Assembly: GCF_000372725.1 (NCBI RefSeq)
Contig: NW_005201287.1
Location: 651,081 to 715,080 of the forward strand
Direction: 5' to 3'
Length of the DNA stretch: 64,000 nucleotides
Source: Emiliania huxleyi CCMP1516
Lineage: Eukaryota
Shown here piece after piece: positions 20,822 through 34,116 of the stretch. The notes below the pieces were generated by a model. The model did no database searches. It worked only from the letters and a program-made list of their open reading frames with translations, and was not told the origin of the DNA. Each line of letters opens with the position of its first letter. The stretch's first letter is position 1. The position numbers were made by a program, and so were the translations under genes.

Positions 20822-23800
20822 TCACGTCCATGAGTCATGTCTATGACTGTCATGTCTGCTCTGCTCAAGTTCCTCCGCAAACCTCTCATCCGCGGTCACG
20901 TGCCAAAGCTTCTCCGTGCCCTCCAACGCCGCCGCACGTCTCAGCGCGTCGCACGGGCCAAAGGTGCTGCCGGCACCGTACACCCCTGAAACGAGCGAGT
21001 CGACCTGCAGCAACGGCTGCGCCGGTCACCTCTATGCCCCTGCCTACACTCCTTCTCTCGGCTCGTGGCGGCTCTAAACCTCGACCACCTCTCGGCTAGT
21101 CGCGCACCAAGTCTGCGAGCGGAAGCACGAGCTTGCCGAGGGTGGCTGCCCCCTGCCCCCCGCTCGGCATCGCCTCGACTCGCCGCGCAAGGAAGGAGAT
21201 CGCCAGCCCGAGCTGATCGAGCCGCCGCTCCGACACGAGGGCGGCGAAGTAGCGCGCGAGCGGCGACGCGCCGCTCGCCTCGCCCTCCTCCGCGCCCTCC
21301 GCCTCTGCGCCCTCCTCGCACACCGTGTCGAGCCAGCTCGAGATGAGGGGCCGCGCCGCCTGCCAGCCCGCGCGCGCCATCTGCCGCAGCGCCTCATCCT
21401 CGCTCTCGGCGGCAACGCCCCCGACCGAACCCGGCCTGCCTGCCGTCCCGGCCTCCTCGCCGCAAAACGCCGCGCTGTACTCCTCTGCCCATGCAGCCGG
21501 CACCGGAGACGTGGCGCGGGGCCCGCGGTCGATGCCGCCGCCGCCGCTGACGCCACTCACGGCGCCGCCGACGCGGCTCCCGCCGCCGTGCCTCGTCGGA
21601 GGAGTCCGGCCGCCGCGAGGCGAAGTGCGGCTCCTGGCTCCGCCGCGAGGGGAGGCGCGGCCCCTTCCGCGCGCGCCCCTCCGCCCTCGCGCCCCGGGGG
21701 CGCGGGCGGAGGCGCGGGATGTGGGTGGCGCATGCAAGGGCCACAGAGCGGTGCGCGCAGCCGGCGGGGGCGAATGCGCCTGCGGAAGGGGAGGGCGGCT
21801 GGGGGGGGGGGGGCTGGGGGGGGGCAGGCGAGGCGACTGGACCTGCTGCGGCCTCTTCTCTCCGCAAGCGCTGCACGCCAGGTGCTGCATCGGGTTGTGC
21901 AGCGTGCACTTTTCGCACGCCCACTTGTCCGGAGAGGGCGGTGGCTGCCCCTGCGCTTCGCCGCCGCCTGGGGCGTCGAGAGCCGCGGGAAACGGTCCCT
22001 GTGTGGTGCTCACTCCCTCGACCGCCTGCGGGACACGCCGGGCGCGTGAGACACGGGCTGGCACTGCCCTCCAAATGCACGTGGGCTGCCGTGTCGCAGG
22101 AGGCGACGCGCTGCCCCGGGAGAGGGGGGAAGGAGTGTGGAGGAAGGGAGCGGGGGTAGAGGGAAGGGTGGGGCGGCGAGAAGCGAAGCGCCTGCGCCGC
22201 CTCTCTCCGCGCGCACGACTCGCAGCAACTGCGATCTCGCAACGGCAAGCCTTGCGCGACCCTCACCCCGGACCTCGCCCCGGAGGCGCCGCCTCCGACA
22301 AGACTGGCGGCGCGAGCCCACCGGCTCAGCTCCGCGGCTCGCGGCTCGCCGATCATTGCTCGCAGCGCCGCCTCCGGCGGCGGTCGCGCGGGTCGCTTCC
22401 CCCCACCCTCCCCGCAGAGGGCGTGTAGCTCTGCGCAGGTCGTGCAGTCTGCCGTGAAGAGAGCCTCAACCTCGGAAGAGGAGATGGCGGGCAGGAGGGC
22501 ACTCAGCGGCCGCGCGGCGAGGAGCGGCGCCTCGTCTCTGGCGGCGAGGACACGGACACCGCCGCCACCCTCCCCGCCGCCACCCTCCCCGCCACCACCC
22601 TCCCCGCCGCCGCCCACACCGCTGCCCTCCGCGCCGCCTTCCCCGCCGCCCGCCCCGCCGTCCGCCCCGCCGCCCGCCGGGTCGGAGGAGGGGCCGGCGG
22701 CGGAGGCGTGCGAGTAGCCGCCGCGCAAGGCGGCGAGGGATGCTTGCCGCGAGAGCGCCGCCGAGCGCGCGGCTCCGATGCCGCAGCGCGCCTCTGCGTG
22801 GCGGGCTTGGCGGCGGGCTCCTGTGAATTAATAATTATAATTAACTTAATAATTAGTGGGCTTGGCGGCGGGCTCCCGCGCTGGCGCCCGACTCCGCAGG
22901 AGGGCCCGGCTCCGCAGGAGAGAGGGTCGCCCCTCGCACACCGAGCGCGCAGCGGAGGGCGCGCCGCAGGGCGGGGCCCTCCCTCTCCACCAGCCTCCTG
23001 CGAGCCGGCTCGAGCGAGATCGCCTCCCCGTCCGCGTAGGCGTGCATCTCCAGCGCGGCTGGCATGGCCGCCAGCGCCGCCGCCACCATCCCGCGCCGCA
23101 GCGCCGCGGTGCCGCCAGTGCACCGCAGACTCACGTACAGAAGGTCGCCCTCGCTCTCCCGCTCGGGACGCGGATCTAGTCCCTGCTCCTCCTCCGCTGC
23201 CGCAGCCGCAGCCACCGCCTCGGCCGCCTCGGCCGCCTCCACCGCTGCCACCGCCTCCGCCGCTGCCTCTGCTTCCGCCGCTGCGGCGGCCTCCTCCTCC
23301 GCCCATCTCTCCCGGGTGCCGCGTCTAGAGCTGTCCGCCGGCGGCGGCGGCGCGGCAAAGCCGAGCGACGGCTGGTGCGGGTCTCGCATCCCTGCGGGCA
23401 TGTAGCTCGCCTCCCGAGGGCGGCACCCCTCCCTCGAGCAGGCGAGGAGCCAGTCCTGCGGCGGTGGAGGAGAAACCATCGCGGATGTGAGGGCGGTGGG
23501 GCGCCGCGGCGGGGGCGGCGGTCGGGCGGCGGGGTCTGCGCGCGCGCGCCTCGGTGACGATGTGGAAGGAGCTGCCGAGCGTCTTTTTCGAGCTGATGGC
23601 CACTTGCCTCGCGAATGAGAGCTGGTTGATGACGAAATGAGTGAGCCGCGTCGAGGCCGGGTTCTGCTCATAGTCACCGCCCAGCGACCGCACCAGCGAG
23701 ACGAGGTGGTCGTTGGCCGTCTCCGAGAGACCGTTGACGTGGACGACGGCACCCGACAGCACGCTGCTCACGGCAGGTGTGTTGGACCACTGCTCGGCGA

Positions 23801-23888
23801 GCTTGCGCCTTTTATCAACCATATAGTCGCGGTGGCCGGACCAGCCGCCGCCGCCGCCGCCGAGCGAGGGCAGAGGCCGTTTCTCCAT
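20822..23888 (-). CDS. REV1: REV1-like protein: BRCT, degenerate Y-family core, RanBP2 zinc finger, REV1-type C-terminal domain; multi-exon, ends approximate
   Basis: YMVDKRRKLAEQ...GAVVHVNG...GGDY...THF is a REV1-type N-terminus/BRCT. Thumb-like PLSALLP...TTCAEL...IGEPRAAEL..WAR; zinc finger WACEKCTLHN...CSAC; C-terminal LVSERRLDQL...V.GVYG. Confidence 0.7.
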
Positions 23889-25279
23889 CGCTACCAGCAG
23901 CGCGGCCGTCGAGGCGTGCGTGTCGTTGGCATCCTCGCTCAACCGGACTCACACGCCGGGCCGGTCGAGGACAAAACAAGAAAAATACTGCATGTTTCAT
24001 GCCGTCGCACCTTCCGTGGCGCACCCACTCCCTTGCTCACCAATATTCAAAGACGTTCTTGGTCACCAAAAGGATAAAACAACTCGAGACCTCGAGACAA
24101 ACTCGAGTGTCGAGTGAGTCGTGATGTCTCGTCTCTTGAGGTCTCGAACCCATTCTTATCGGCAGACTACAAGTACACGTACAACGTAACTCCTCTCTCT
24201 CTGCCTCTACGTAGTGCACACATGTTGGATACTCGAGTACTGTGTGGGAGGCGACAACGCGACCTGGAACATGCTGGATGCAGCTGTAGCTGTCAACAGC
24301 TGTGCAGTTCGACAGACGAGCGGCGCAGGCACGCAGCCAGCCGGATGCACACATCAGGTGCACGTCAGGGCGACCGAAATGCCGGGCCGTCCTTGGGGTG
24401 CATGGCCCAGAGGGGTGCGTCAGGGCACATCGACTGCCCCTGGTACTGCCATTCGTTGGTTACGCCATATAGCCGTTGACGTTACCAGAGCGCGCCTTGG
24501 CGTCCTGTTCCTCGGAAACCTCGTAGCAGTAGACCCAGCCCTTGTGGTCCTTCGACGTCTCGCACCATGGTGCCCCATCGTCCGGACCGAAGATGCAGTT
24601 CGCCTGCGAATTGACCAGCTCTTCGACGCCTGCGATGGTGGGCAGGTACTTGGAGGGCCTTGTGCTCGTGTGCTGCGCTGGAAACTCAACTGTACGCGGC
24701 GGCGTGCATGATGGGGAGGGTGACCCCCAAAACGAACAGACGACAACGGCTGGTGACGCTGTGTTGCCCTTGAGCTAGTCCTTCCCCGGTCGCCTAGCCT
24801 CTGCGCTGTCTGGCGAACGCCTGTATGCCATGCGCGCGGACCACGCTTGCGTGGATACGTGGGGCTGGCAGGCTGACCTGTGTGCGGGGTAACCCGCGCA
24901 AGGGGAAGCTTCACGGGTTCGAGTCGTCTTAAGCAGCGGAGGTGTGCCGAGGGGGACCGGGAGGCGGTAAGTCGTCGTCGCCCGGCGCTGGCCGCTGCTT
25001 CCTGAGCTACCTCGTACCTGCTTGGATGCAGCACCAGGCGATGGCGCTAAGAGGTTCCTCTTTTCCGCGCCCCCCCCCGCAAGGCGCGCGATACACGAAA
25101 AATGAGGGACGTCAGTTCGCTGCGCAGTGAGTCCGGAATTCGGGCGAGTATCACGCGGGTAGCTTTTTCTTCTTTTCGGGACGTGACAGTGTCAATTCAT
25201 GCGGCTGCTCGGCAATCGCCCGACACTTAGTCCCGACAGCTTCTCAACTTCAAGAGCGCTCGAACGAGAGCCGTGAGGG

Positions 25280-28200
25280 ATGGGCTTGCTCCGCAGAAGT
25301 AAGCCGGGCAAGTCCGTCTCGCTGCAGGAACAGCAGCTGAAGCCAGATAATCCGGAGCTTGACGACGCGATAGCGAAGCGGCAGGACGATGCGGCCGACG
25401 CGGAGATGGGCTCTGCGGCAAGCAAGCAAGCCCGAGGGCCGAAGCAGCTGGTCCATGATGTCCAGCGGGCGGAGCAGTCGGCCGACATCTCTCGGATCGT
25501 GGCGGAAGCCAGGCTCGCCGCCCCATCGGCACAGGGCGACCCGAGCCAAGGGTGGCAGATGGGGCAATGGCTAAACTCACTCGGGCTGAACGACGCCATC
25601 GCCGCCGCGCTCCTCTCGCCAATCTCGGCCGACGCATCACTGGCGCTCGATTCGGCCGACGCATCGCTGGCGCTACCCTTCGTGCGCGCGCTAGGTAAGC
25701 TCGGCTCACGCGAGTCGGTGGCCGCGCTCCTCCGCCAGGCTGGTCCTCACCTACTCGACCGCATCGCCGACGCTGTTTGGGACGGCGCGTCGACCCTCAT
25801 CGCCTCGGGCGGCGCCACCGGAGCAGAGCTACACGCAAAGTTCGTGCAGGAGGGCGAGTCTTTCACCATGTCGTACGGAGGGCTGGACACCTTCTTCGGC
25901 GGGCTGGAGGGCCTGATCGGGACGCCCAACCCCAAGCTGCGGGAGGCGATGAAGCGGGAGCACTGTGACTCGGCCGATTCCGGGCTCCCCTTCAACGCGG
26001 GCAACTATGGGACAACGACGACGGCGAAGACGGAGTATCACTTCGTGGTCGACCCGGAGCACACCGACTTTGGGCCGGGCAGCAAGCACCCGTGGCCCGA
26101 GGACACCAAGCTGCGCGAGAGGGAGGACACGCGCAGCCTTTGCCGCAAGCCCCGCCCGATCTCTGACTTTGCGATCGACTTGCAGCGGGTCAACGAGCAG
26201 CTTGCGACGCAGGACTGCACCTCGCTCTGCGATGAGGAGTTCTGGGGAGCGCGGCTGTACACCGGGCCAATGTTCATCAAGTGAGCCACCGCTGCGCCGG
26301 CTCCACCTCCCAGCCAGCTCACAACCCCCCCACTCAGCCAGCCCACAGCCCCCTCCCCACCCCCCCTCCTCCTCCGACCCCGCGCGCAGATACAACGCGA
26401 TCCTGCGCGGCCTGGGCGGGAAGGCTCCCTTTTTCGTGCAGAAGCTGGAGCAGCTGTGCTTGGGCAACAACTACACGACGACGCTGCACATCATCAACTC
26501 ATCGTGCGTCAAGCTCTCCAAGATCATGACCGCGCAAAAGGTCTACCGCGGCGTGAGCGGCGGCGTGCTGCCGAGCGAGTTTTGGGCCAAGAACGAGTGG
26601 AACGTCGCGGGCGGCGTCGAGTTCGCGTTCATGTCGACCACGCTCGACAAGGAGGTGGCGCTCCACTACGGGGGGAGCGGCGGGGCGGGTCTCTGCTTCG
26701 AGATTCAGATGGGGATGGTGGATCGCGGCGCCTCGCTCTCGTGGCTGAGCCAATACCCTCACGAGTCCGAAATCCTTTTCGCCCCTATGACGGGACTCGA
26801 GGTGCTCGGCACGAGGGTGGAGAGCGGCGTCATCGTTGTCGAGACGCGCCTCTCGGTCAACCTCACCGCGCTGACCATCGAGCAGGTCGTCTCCGAGAGG
26901 GGAGAGAGGTCAGAGCGATCGGATACGAGCGATGCGGTCGAAATGTTGTTAATAGGTCGTCTCACGGCGGCGCAAGCTGTGCATGGACATGTGCGAGTCG
27001 ATGCAGCTCGAACTGGCCCATGAGATGACGCAGACGACGTGGTCCGAGCTCAGGGAGCTCACCGACGGGGCGGAGGCGGCCTTCGATCTGCCCGGCTATG
27101 CGAAGAGCGTGCTGCGAGACATGCTGGCCGAGTCGACGTCGCATCCGCCCGAGCACTACAACAACGAAGCCAACATGCTGATGCGAATGAAGGATGCGGT
27201 GCAGGCGAAGAACGCGGTTAGCGATTTGCCTAACGGATGGGAGCGCGTGCAGATGGCGGCGCCCAACCTGCCGGCGCTGCTGTCGGCCTCGGACCTCAAC
27301 GTGAGGTCGATGAAGAGCAACCTCAAGGCGGGCGGCGCAGGTGCGCTTTCCGTGCTCATGTGCTGCTCGCAGGCGCTGCACAGCCTGAAGGCGAGCGGCG
27401 AGGAGATGGGGCCGGAAGGCGCGGTGTACCTCGGCCACGGCATCGCGGGCGCCACCTCGATCACGGAGCTCGACGTGTCGAACAACAAGCTGTGCGGCAT
27501 CGAGGCCGCAGATGAGCGGGAGGCGTACAACGGCACGCACTTCGGCACCTTCTGTAAACTGCTCGCCAAGAACTCGAGCCTCACCAGCCTCGACGTGTCG
27601 GCAAACTACATCCTGGCCGACGGCTCCACGGCGCTGTGCGCCGCGCTCGCCGGGAACAAGCAGCTCAAGACGCTCAAGCTCAACGACTCGGCGATGCAAG
27701 AGGCGGGCTGGATCGCCCTCGCGAGGATGGTCGAGGACGCGCCCTCGCTCGTGGTGCTCGAGGCCAACTGCAACCTCGAGTTGATGCGCCCTGCCGAGAT
27801 CCCAGCCGTCGCCAAGGCCATCGCCTCGGCAGTGGGGCGCAGCAAGAGCCTCACTAGCGTCGACCTCTCCTCGCAGGAGTGGAAGAATGGCGAGGCCAGC
27901 GGCCTCCTTCCGCAGCTGCTGGACTGCAAGTCGCTGGCCACGCTCAACCTCTCCTGCGCCGAGTGCGGGCCCCACATTGGCGCGGGCCTGGCGCAGCGCC
28001 TGAAAGGCCACCCGGCGCTCACCAGCTTGCAGCTCGACTCCTGCGAGCTGGGGTCGGGCGCGCTGCCCATCTGCGCCGCCGTCGGCGACTGCGGCCTCAC
28101 TGAGCTCAACCTCTCCAGCAACGAGATGGACGCGGCTGCTGCCAACGCGCTCGGCGAGGCGCTGGCCAGCAGTGTGACGCTCAAGAGGATTGACATCCAG

Positions 28201-28911
28201 TCTAACCTGATCAAGGAGGGCGGCGTGGCGCTGGGCAAGGGCCTCGCCGCCAGCACGTCGCTGACGGAGCTTGAGCTCAGCGACTGCGCGCTGGGCGACG
28301 AGGGCGGCGCGGCCGTCCTCGAAGCGCTCAGGGGCAACACCACGCTCCAGGTCCTCAAGATGAGCGACAACAAGTTGAGCGCGGGCGTGGCTCCCGCGCT
28401 GCGCGCCATCGGCGAGAGCACCTCGCTGACGCAGCTCGACCTGTCGGAGAACAAGCTGGGCCCCGACGCGTGCGCTGACCTCGCCGCCGGTATCGCGAAA
28501 AATGCGTCGCTGCGAGAGCTCGAGCTGAACTACTGCGCGCTCGGCGCCGGCTGCGCCGCGCTGGGCGACGCGCTCAAGTCGAACTCGACGCTCACGTCGC
28601 TACAGCTCAACGACAATGGGATCATGAAGGTTGAGGCCGCCTTGCTGAGGGATGCCTTTCGCCGCCGCGCGGAGCGGCTGCGCAAAGAGCTGGACGAGCG
28701 TGGCGAGAAGGGGAAGAAGACGTGGACTATTCAGGTCGACCAGACGCACAAGTTTACCGGGCGCGACCTCGACCTCGACGACCTCAACCTCGACCTCGAC
28801 GACCTCGACGCGTCGAGGGCCTCGGACGCGAGCAGTATCCCCGACGCCGAGGAGGGCGCGAGCGACCTCGACGACCTCGGCCTCGACGACCTCGACCTCG
28901 ACCGCGAGTAG
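25280..28911 (+). CDS. NAD:arginine ADP-ribosyltransferase domain fused to RNI-like leucine-rich repeats, three exons
   Basis: RLYTGP..YN.ILR, KVYRG, FMSTT, SQYPHESEILF (R-S-ExE); many ~28-aa LxxLxLxxN repeats; acidic DLDD tail. Confidence 0.85.
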
Positions 28912-30599
28912 TCGGTTCGCCGCGACTAGGTGTGAAGAGGACGGCGCCTGACGGCGAAGCCTGCTCACGGACCGGTCTGTTCAATTAGATGCACATCATG
29001 TTCAGTGTATTCGACTAAGCTCTGCCTCTCATCCGTGAAGGGTGGTGCATGGGTTGCTGCATGCAGTTCTGGAGTACACGATAGTCCATACGCGCATGCG
29101 CCTTGCGCACGGTACGGCAGGTCTAGGTAGATAGAGGCTAGAGCCGCCAACCTCAAGCAGGAGGGGTGGAGAACGGCACGCTGCCAACAAAGGGGGATTT
29201 TTTTCTCGCGGCGCACTGGCACTCGAAGCAAGTCGATTCGAGAGAGTGAGACGCGAGAGCTCAAGGGCGGCTCGCCTGCAGAGCGTCTCTCTCGACTCCT
29301 GCCATTCTGCTTGTCTGTTTTGTGGCCTCTTCTCTCGTCTGTCGGTGTTTTGTTGGGGTTGGAAGGGGTTGGCGCGGGGGTGGAAGGTCACCTCCAGAAG
29401 CAACAGCAACGTGTTCGAGTGTCAACCATATTCGTCGTCGGGAAGTGGTTCCGATACGTGATTCTGGTAGGCCGGAACACGCTGACGGTAAAGAGGCCGC
29501 AACGCATGGCCTTAGCGGATCTCTCAAGGAGATCGCTACAGCACGGAGCAGCGTCAAGGGAGCTGGCAATGGTTGGAGCGACTGCGATGTGGAGGCAGAG
29601 CCAATGCATGCTCAAGTTAGTTTTGACGCTGCGGACGACAGGATTTGCTCGGGCGGCATCACGCCGCCTGGCATATCAGGGCGCGGCGCCGAGGAACACA
29701 GCCGCTGCGAGGCAGCGGCGGCAAGGCGCGGCGGCGGAGGCACCATCGCCGGGCAGTCTCGGGGTGGCGTGGAGGGCCACTCGAGCTCTGCAGGCGGTGC
29801 GGTCGCCGCTCACGGGCACGCGACGCGAGGAGGCGTCGCCGAGGGCGTGGGCCCGAGGGCGCTCAGCGAGGCGCGGCCGCGGGCCGGGTCCTCTCGGAGC
29901 CGCGCAGGCGCCGATGCAGGCGGCGGCGGCGGGAGCGAGGTCAGCAGGCAGAGCGGCTGTGGCGGTAGCACTGCGAGGCATTCTCCAAGCACGGTCTCTG
30001 GCGTTGCAGCTGCACAGAGAGCGAGCAATAGTCGACAGAAGCACTGACATGTGCATGTGCATGTGCATGTGCGCAGCGGATATCATGTTGGTCGCGCCCT
30101 GCGAGAGGACAACCACGGGCCGCGGATGCTTGCTCGGACGCGGTCCCGCCGTGCGAGTTGCAGGCCCGGAGGAGGCAGACCCAGCTCACCCCCGGAGAGG
30201 CCATGCCCAAAGGGGCAGCCATGTGGACCCTTTTGGTCAAACTTTTACTCTTCCATCTCTCCGACGCGCGACTCTAGCTAGAGTCAGCCGTCAGCCCCTC
30301 CCCCTTTGAACCCCCTTTTCAGTGTATGTAGATCGTACGAACCTTCCAAACAAACAATTCCCGGAGGAGGACTGCTGACGGTGTTTGTTATGCGATGAGC
30401 GAGGAGCGACTCCGGGGGGTTGATTCGAACAATGATTGATTGATTGATTGATGGGAAGGCGAAACACAGTCCGACCAACAATGAATAACAAAAAGAGAAA
30501 AACGCCGAAGACACGCCGAGAAGTCATCCCAAGGAACACCGCTCGGCCGAGCGACCCCTTGCAGCGCCTCACCTGTCGTCCCGGTCGTTGTTGCAGAGA

Positions 30600-31215
30600 T
30601 ATGTGCCGCTGCCACCACCCGATTGACGAGCGGCGGTCCTCACTGGACGACGAGCCGGCAACCAGCAAACGTCAGCGCATCGCCGAGATGCATGAGCGGA
30701 CGCGTCTCTTTGGTGGCGCGCAGAAGCAGGCGGCTTACACAAAGGTCCTTCTCGAGAAGTGGTCGCGCTTCCTGTTGCTGCACGGCGAGGAGCACGGCGA
30801 ACCTCCCGATCTGGTGGCGCGCCGTGGCCCGAGCGTGGCGCTGGTGAAGGCCTTCACAACCTACTGCTATTTCCGCTGCCCCGAAACCGCACAATGCCGC
30901 TACGAGCTTCTCCTGCAGCACATGCTCGCCAAGTTTGTGTTTGTGTGGCTCGCCTACCCGGGCTGGGCAGGAGTGAGCGGATACGCACTGGCTCAGAGGG
31001 CGGAGCAGTACAATCTGGCAGTCAAGGAGCAATGGGAGCGGCTGAAGCGAGGAGCACAGATGGACCAGTGCTGCGGGCTGGCGCGCACGCTCAAGCCTTT
31101 CGTGAGGCCGCAGTGGTGCACAGCGGAGGGCTTTTACTGTGAGCAGGCAAAGCGATACAGGAACCGTGAGGCGTACCACCTGATCTTCGGCATGTCCTTC
31201 GCTACATCGGGCTGA
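30600..31215 (+). CDS. Hypothetical ORF, possibly mobile-element derived
   Basis: Complex-composition ORF (KWSRFL...PSVALVKAFTTYC) without introns; no secure family assignment. Confidence 0.35.
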
Positions 31216-31946
31216 TGCCGGAACGATCAGATATTGTGCGCTCTGGGGCGTGGGTGTGACGACAATCTTCAGCATAGTCGAGCGAGGTGGATACGCGTGC
31301 ATAGGATGGCGGCATACGGGAGAGGCGACGAGCGCCCCAGATGTGTGTCTCGTGCTGTCATGGTCCATGATGGTTGGTGCTGTGGCGGACTAGCGGTTTT
31401 AGCGATTGAGAGGACAGAGCTCAGAGGTGAGTTTGGCGAGAGAGACTGACTCTGAGTCGTGCAGTGAGTGAGTGAGAGTTGAGAGGTGGACTCTCTCAGA
31501 GCATCGTGTGAGTGCGGTGGCGGTGACGGCGACTGCGTAAACTGTTTTCATGTATCTCGTCTTGTCGACACACGCGGCGTGTCGCGGGCTCGGGCGCGGG
31601 GGCGGGACCATGTGCCATGTCCGGCTTCCCCACTTGCGACTTGGCACTTTCCGGCACCGCCGGCAGGCAGGCGCGCCCAGGCGCGAGGCGGCACCGGAGG
31701 TCGCTGGTCGCGGCTCGCGGTCGCGGTCGCGCGGCAGCCAGCACGCGGCTCGGACGCGGGGACGCGGGGTCGGGCCGCGGTCACACATCCTGTCACCTGT
31801 GCGGTGCACATATAGCACATTTTTTCGCGCGCATCTCGGACATTGTGTCGCACAAAAATAATTAAAGTAAGCTGAACTAAGCAGGCATGCATGAAGGTCA
31901 AAATATTGTGCACTCACACACAAGGCTGTTTGTGACTGTCCTGCGC

Positions 31947-34116
31947 TCACAGCGCCGTGAGCTCATCTGAGGCGGCTTTTACATCTGCAACGGCGGCGTC
32001 TTCCACACCGAGGGCTGCAGGCTGGTCTTCCACATCGAGGGCTGTAGGCTGGTCATCGCTCTCGCCGGATCCCACGTCGCGGTCAGGCTGAGGCTGCGTG
32101 GGCTGGTTGGCGTCACTCGCGTCGCGAAGGGAGGGGGCAGGGAGAGACTCCAGAGGGCGCATCGACTGATTGAGCTTCGAGAGTCCGTAGGCACCCACGA
32201 TTGCGCTCACCTATGCCAGCCAGTGCCGCAGAGTGAACGGCGTGCCCCACGGCCCCCGCGGCTGGGCGGCCGGCAGCGCGCCGAGGTGCGAATCGCCTCC
32301 TCCGCCGTCACCTGTCGTGTGTGGAGACGTGAGGGGCGGGCAGTCTCTCAGCGAGTGCCCGACTCAGAGCTAGCTGTGCTCTACCTACCTTGCATCTACG
32401 ATTGCAGGATCGCGCACCGCCGGTCTGTCGTCGTCTCTGCAGCTCTCCGCGAGGAGAGCCATCACCTGGAAGGCATTGCCGCCAGCCTGCGATGGGCCGC
32501 CCCCGGGCGGATCGTCTCGAAAGGCAGAGAAGCCACGGCTGTCCTTGTAGCCAGCAGCGATGCACCGCCAGAGCAGGTACAGGAACATGCCTAGCATGTA
32601 CAGTCGGCAACCTTAACTGTGCAGGAGCATGCCTGTGCGGCGGAGTGGCGGGGTGCCTCTCTCCGCCATCCCCCGCCGCCTCCAGCAGGGGTGGGGGGGT
32701 GGGGGGGGGGGGCTGGTCGGACTATATATTGAGACTAAGCTCCGCTCCCGGCCCGAGTCGGCTNNNNNNNNNNNNNNNNNNNNNNNNNNNNNNNNNNNNN
32801 NNNNNNNNNNNNNNNNNNNNNNNNNNNNNNNNNNNNNNNNNNNNNNNNNNNNNNNNNNNNNNNAGATTTTTTTTATAATAAAATTAAATAAAAATAATAG
32901 GGGGGGGGGGGAAAAAAATAGGAGTATAATTTGTTTAATAATAAGAGGGGGGGAAAATTAATAAAAGGGGGGGGGTGGGGGGGCTAGCTTTTGGTACTAC
33001 GTGTGTGTGCGGGGAGAGTGCGCGGAGAGAGTGCCGAGGCGTGTGGGAGGTGCGCTGTGCGTGTGCCAGGCTGTGAGCGCCTGTGAGGCCGCCGGCGACC
33101 GTGAGGCCCGCCGAGAGGACAAACCGCGCATTCGGCGTGGCGTGGTTCATGCCGTGGGTCATGATGACGCCTGTGTGGTACGCCACTTCGTACCACGCAG
33201 GCGGCGACGAGGGCGGTGAGAGCGGCGGTGGGGACTGGGGCGGGGGCGGCGTCGGCGGCTTCGGTGGAGGGGGGGGCGGCGTGCTCGGAGGCAGCGGCGG
33301 CGGGCTCGGAGGCGGCGGGGACGGTGGCAGCGGCGGCAGCGGCGGCGGCGGGAATGGTGGTGGGATGACGGGAGGTGAGGGCGGCGGCGGCAGGCTGGGA
33401 GGCGCTGGCGGGGAGGGTGGCGGACTCGGAGACGGCGGCGGGGACGGGCTTGGAGGCGGCGGCGGGGGCGGGGACGGCAGCGGGGACGGCGGCGGCATCG
33501 GCGGCATCGGCGGAAAGGGCGGGGTGGGCGGCGGGGGAAGCGGGGACGGATCCGGGCTTGGCGGTGGCGGCGGCGCCTCGCCGGGCGGAAATGGCGGCGG
33601 TGGTGGCAGCGGTGGAGGGGGGTGCCTTGGAGGCGACGGCGGCGGCGGGGACGGGCTTGGCGGGCTTGGCGGAGGCGGCGGCGAGGGCAGCGGCGGCGAC
33701 GGCGGCGACGGCGGCATCGGAGGGGTCGGCGGCGGAGGCGGCGGGAAGCACCCGTAAAAGCCTCTCGACGCTTGGCACAACCCTCGCGGAAACCCCGCAG
33801 AACGGGCCCCGTATACGCAGAGGTTCCACTCAGGCGCCAAGCTGGTGTAATCGACGATGTAATACATGTTGCACTCCAGAACGTCCGAACACGCCCGGGC
33901 CGCCTCCGTTCGCCCTTCAAGACTGCTGCACTCCAGGTCTGGGCTCAACGGCGAGGGCGGCGGCGGAGGCGGCGGTGTGGGCGGTAGTGGAGGCGGAAAA
34001 CTCGGTGGCGCGAGCGGCGGCGGGGGCGGCCGGCAGGACTCGGGCAGCTCAAGCTTTCCGCGGCCAATGCGAGGAGTGAAGAGCAGCTCGTAGAGGCTGC
34101 AGTAAGCAGCCGACAT
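31947..34116 (-). CDS. Pro-rich (extensin-like) protein with small Cys module and hydrophobic segment; spans an assembly gap
   Basis: Long SP/PP repeats and a Cys-containing module (LECSSL...C...C...C); hydrophobic FVLSAGLTVAGG; probable last exon 31947-32210. Confidence 0.5.
32764..32863. other. Assembly gap
   Basis: Run of N. Confidence 1.

Noticed and set aside
24114..25034. Several mid-length ORFs between the REV1-like and ART-LRR genes
   Set aside because: No family motif or consistent coding frame could be supported.
29311..30309. 332-aa and 241-aa plus-strand ORFs
   Set aside because: Low-complexity translations with no recognisable motif in any frame.
32864..32990. AT-rich island next to a gap (also homopolymer-rich 46930-47091)
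   Set aside because: It looks like low-quality read ends at contig edges.
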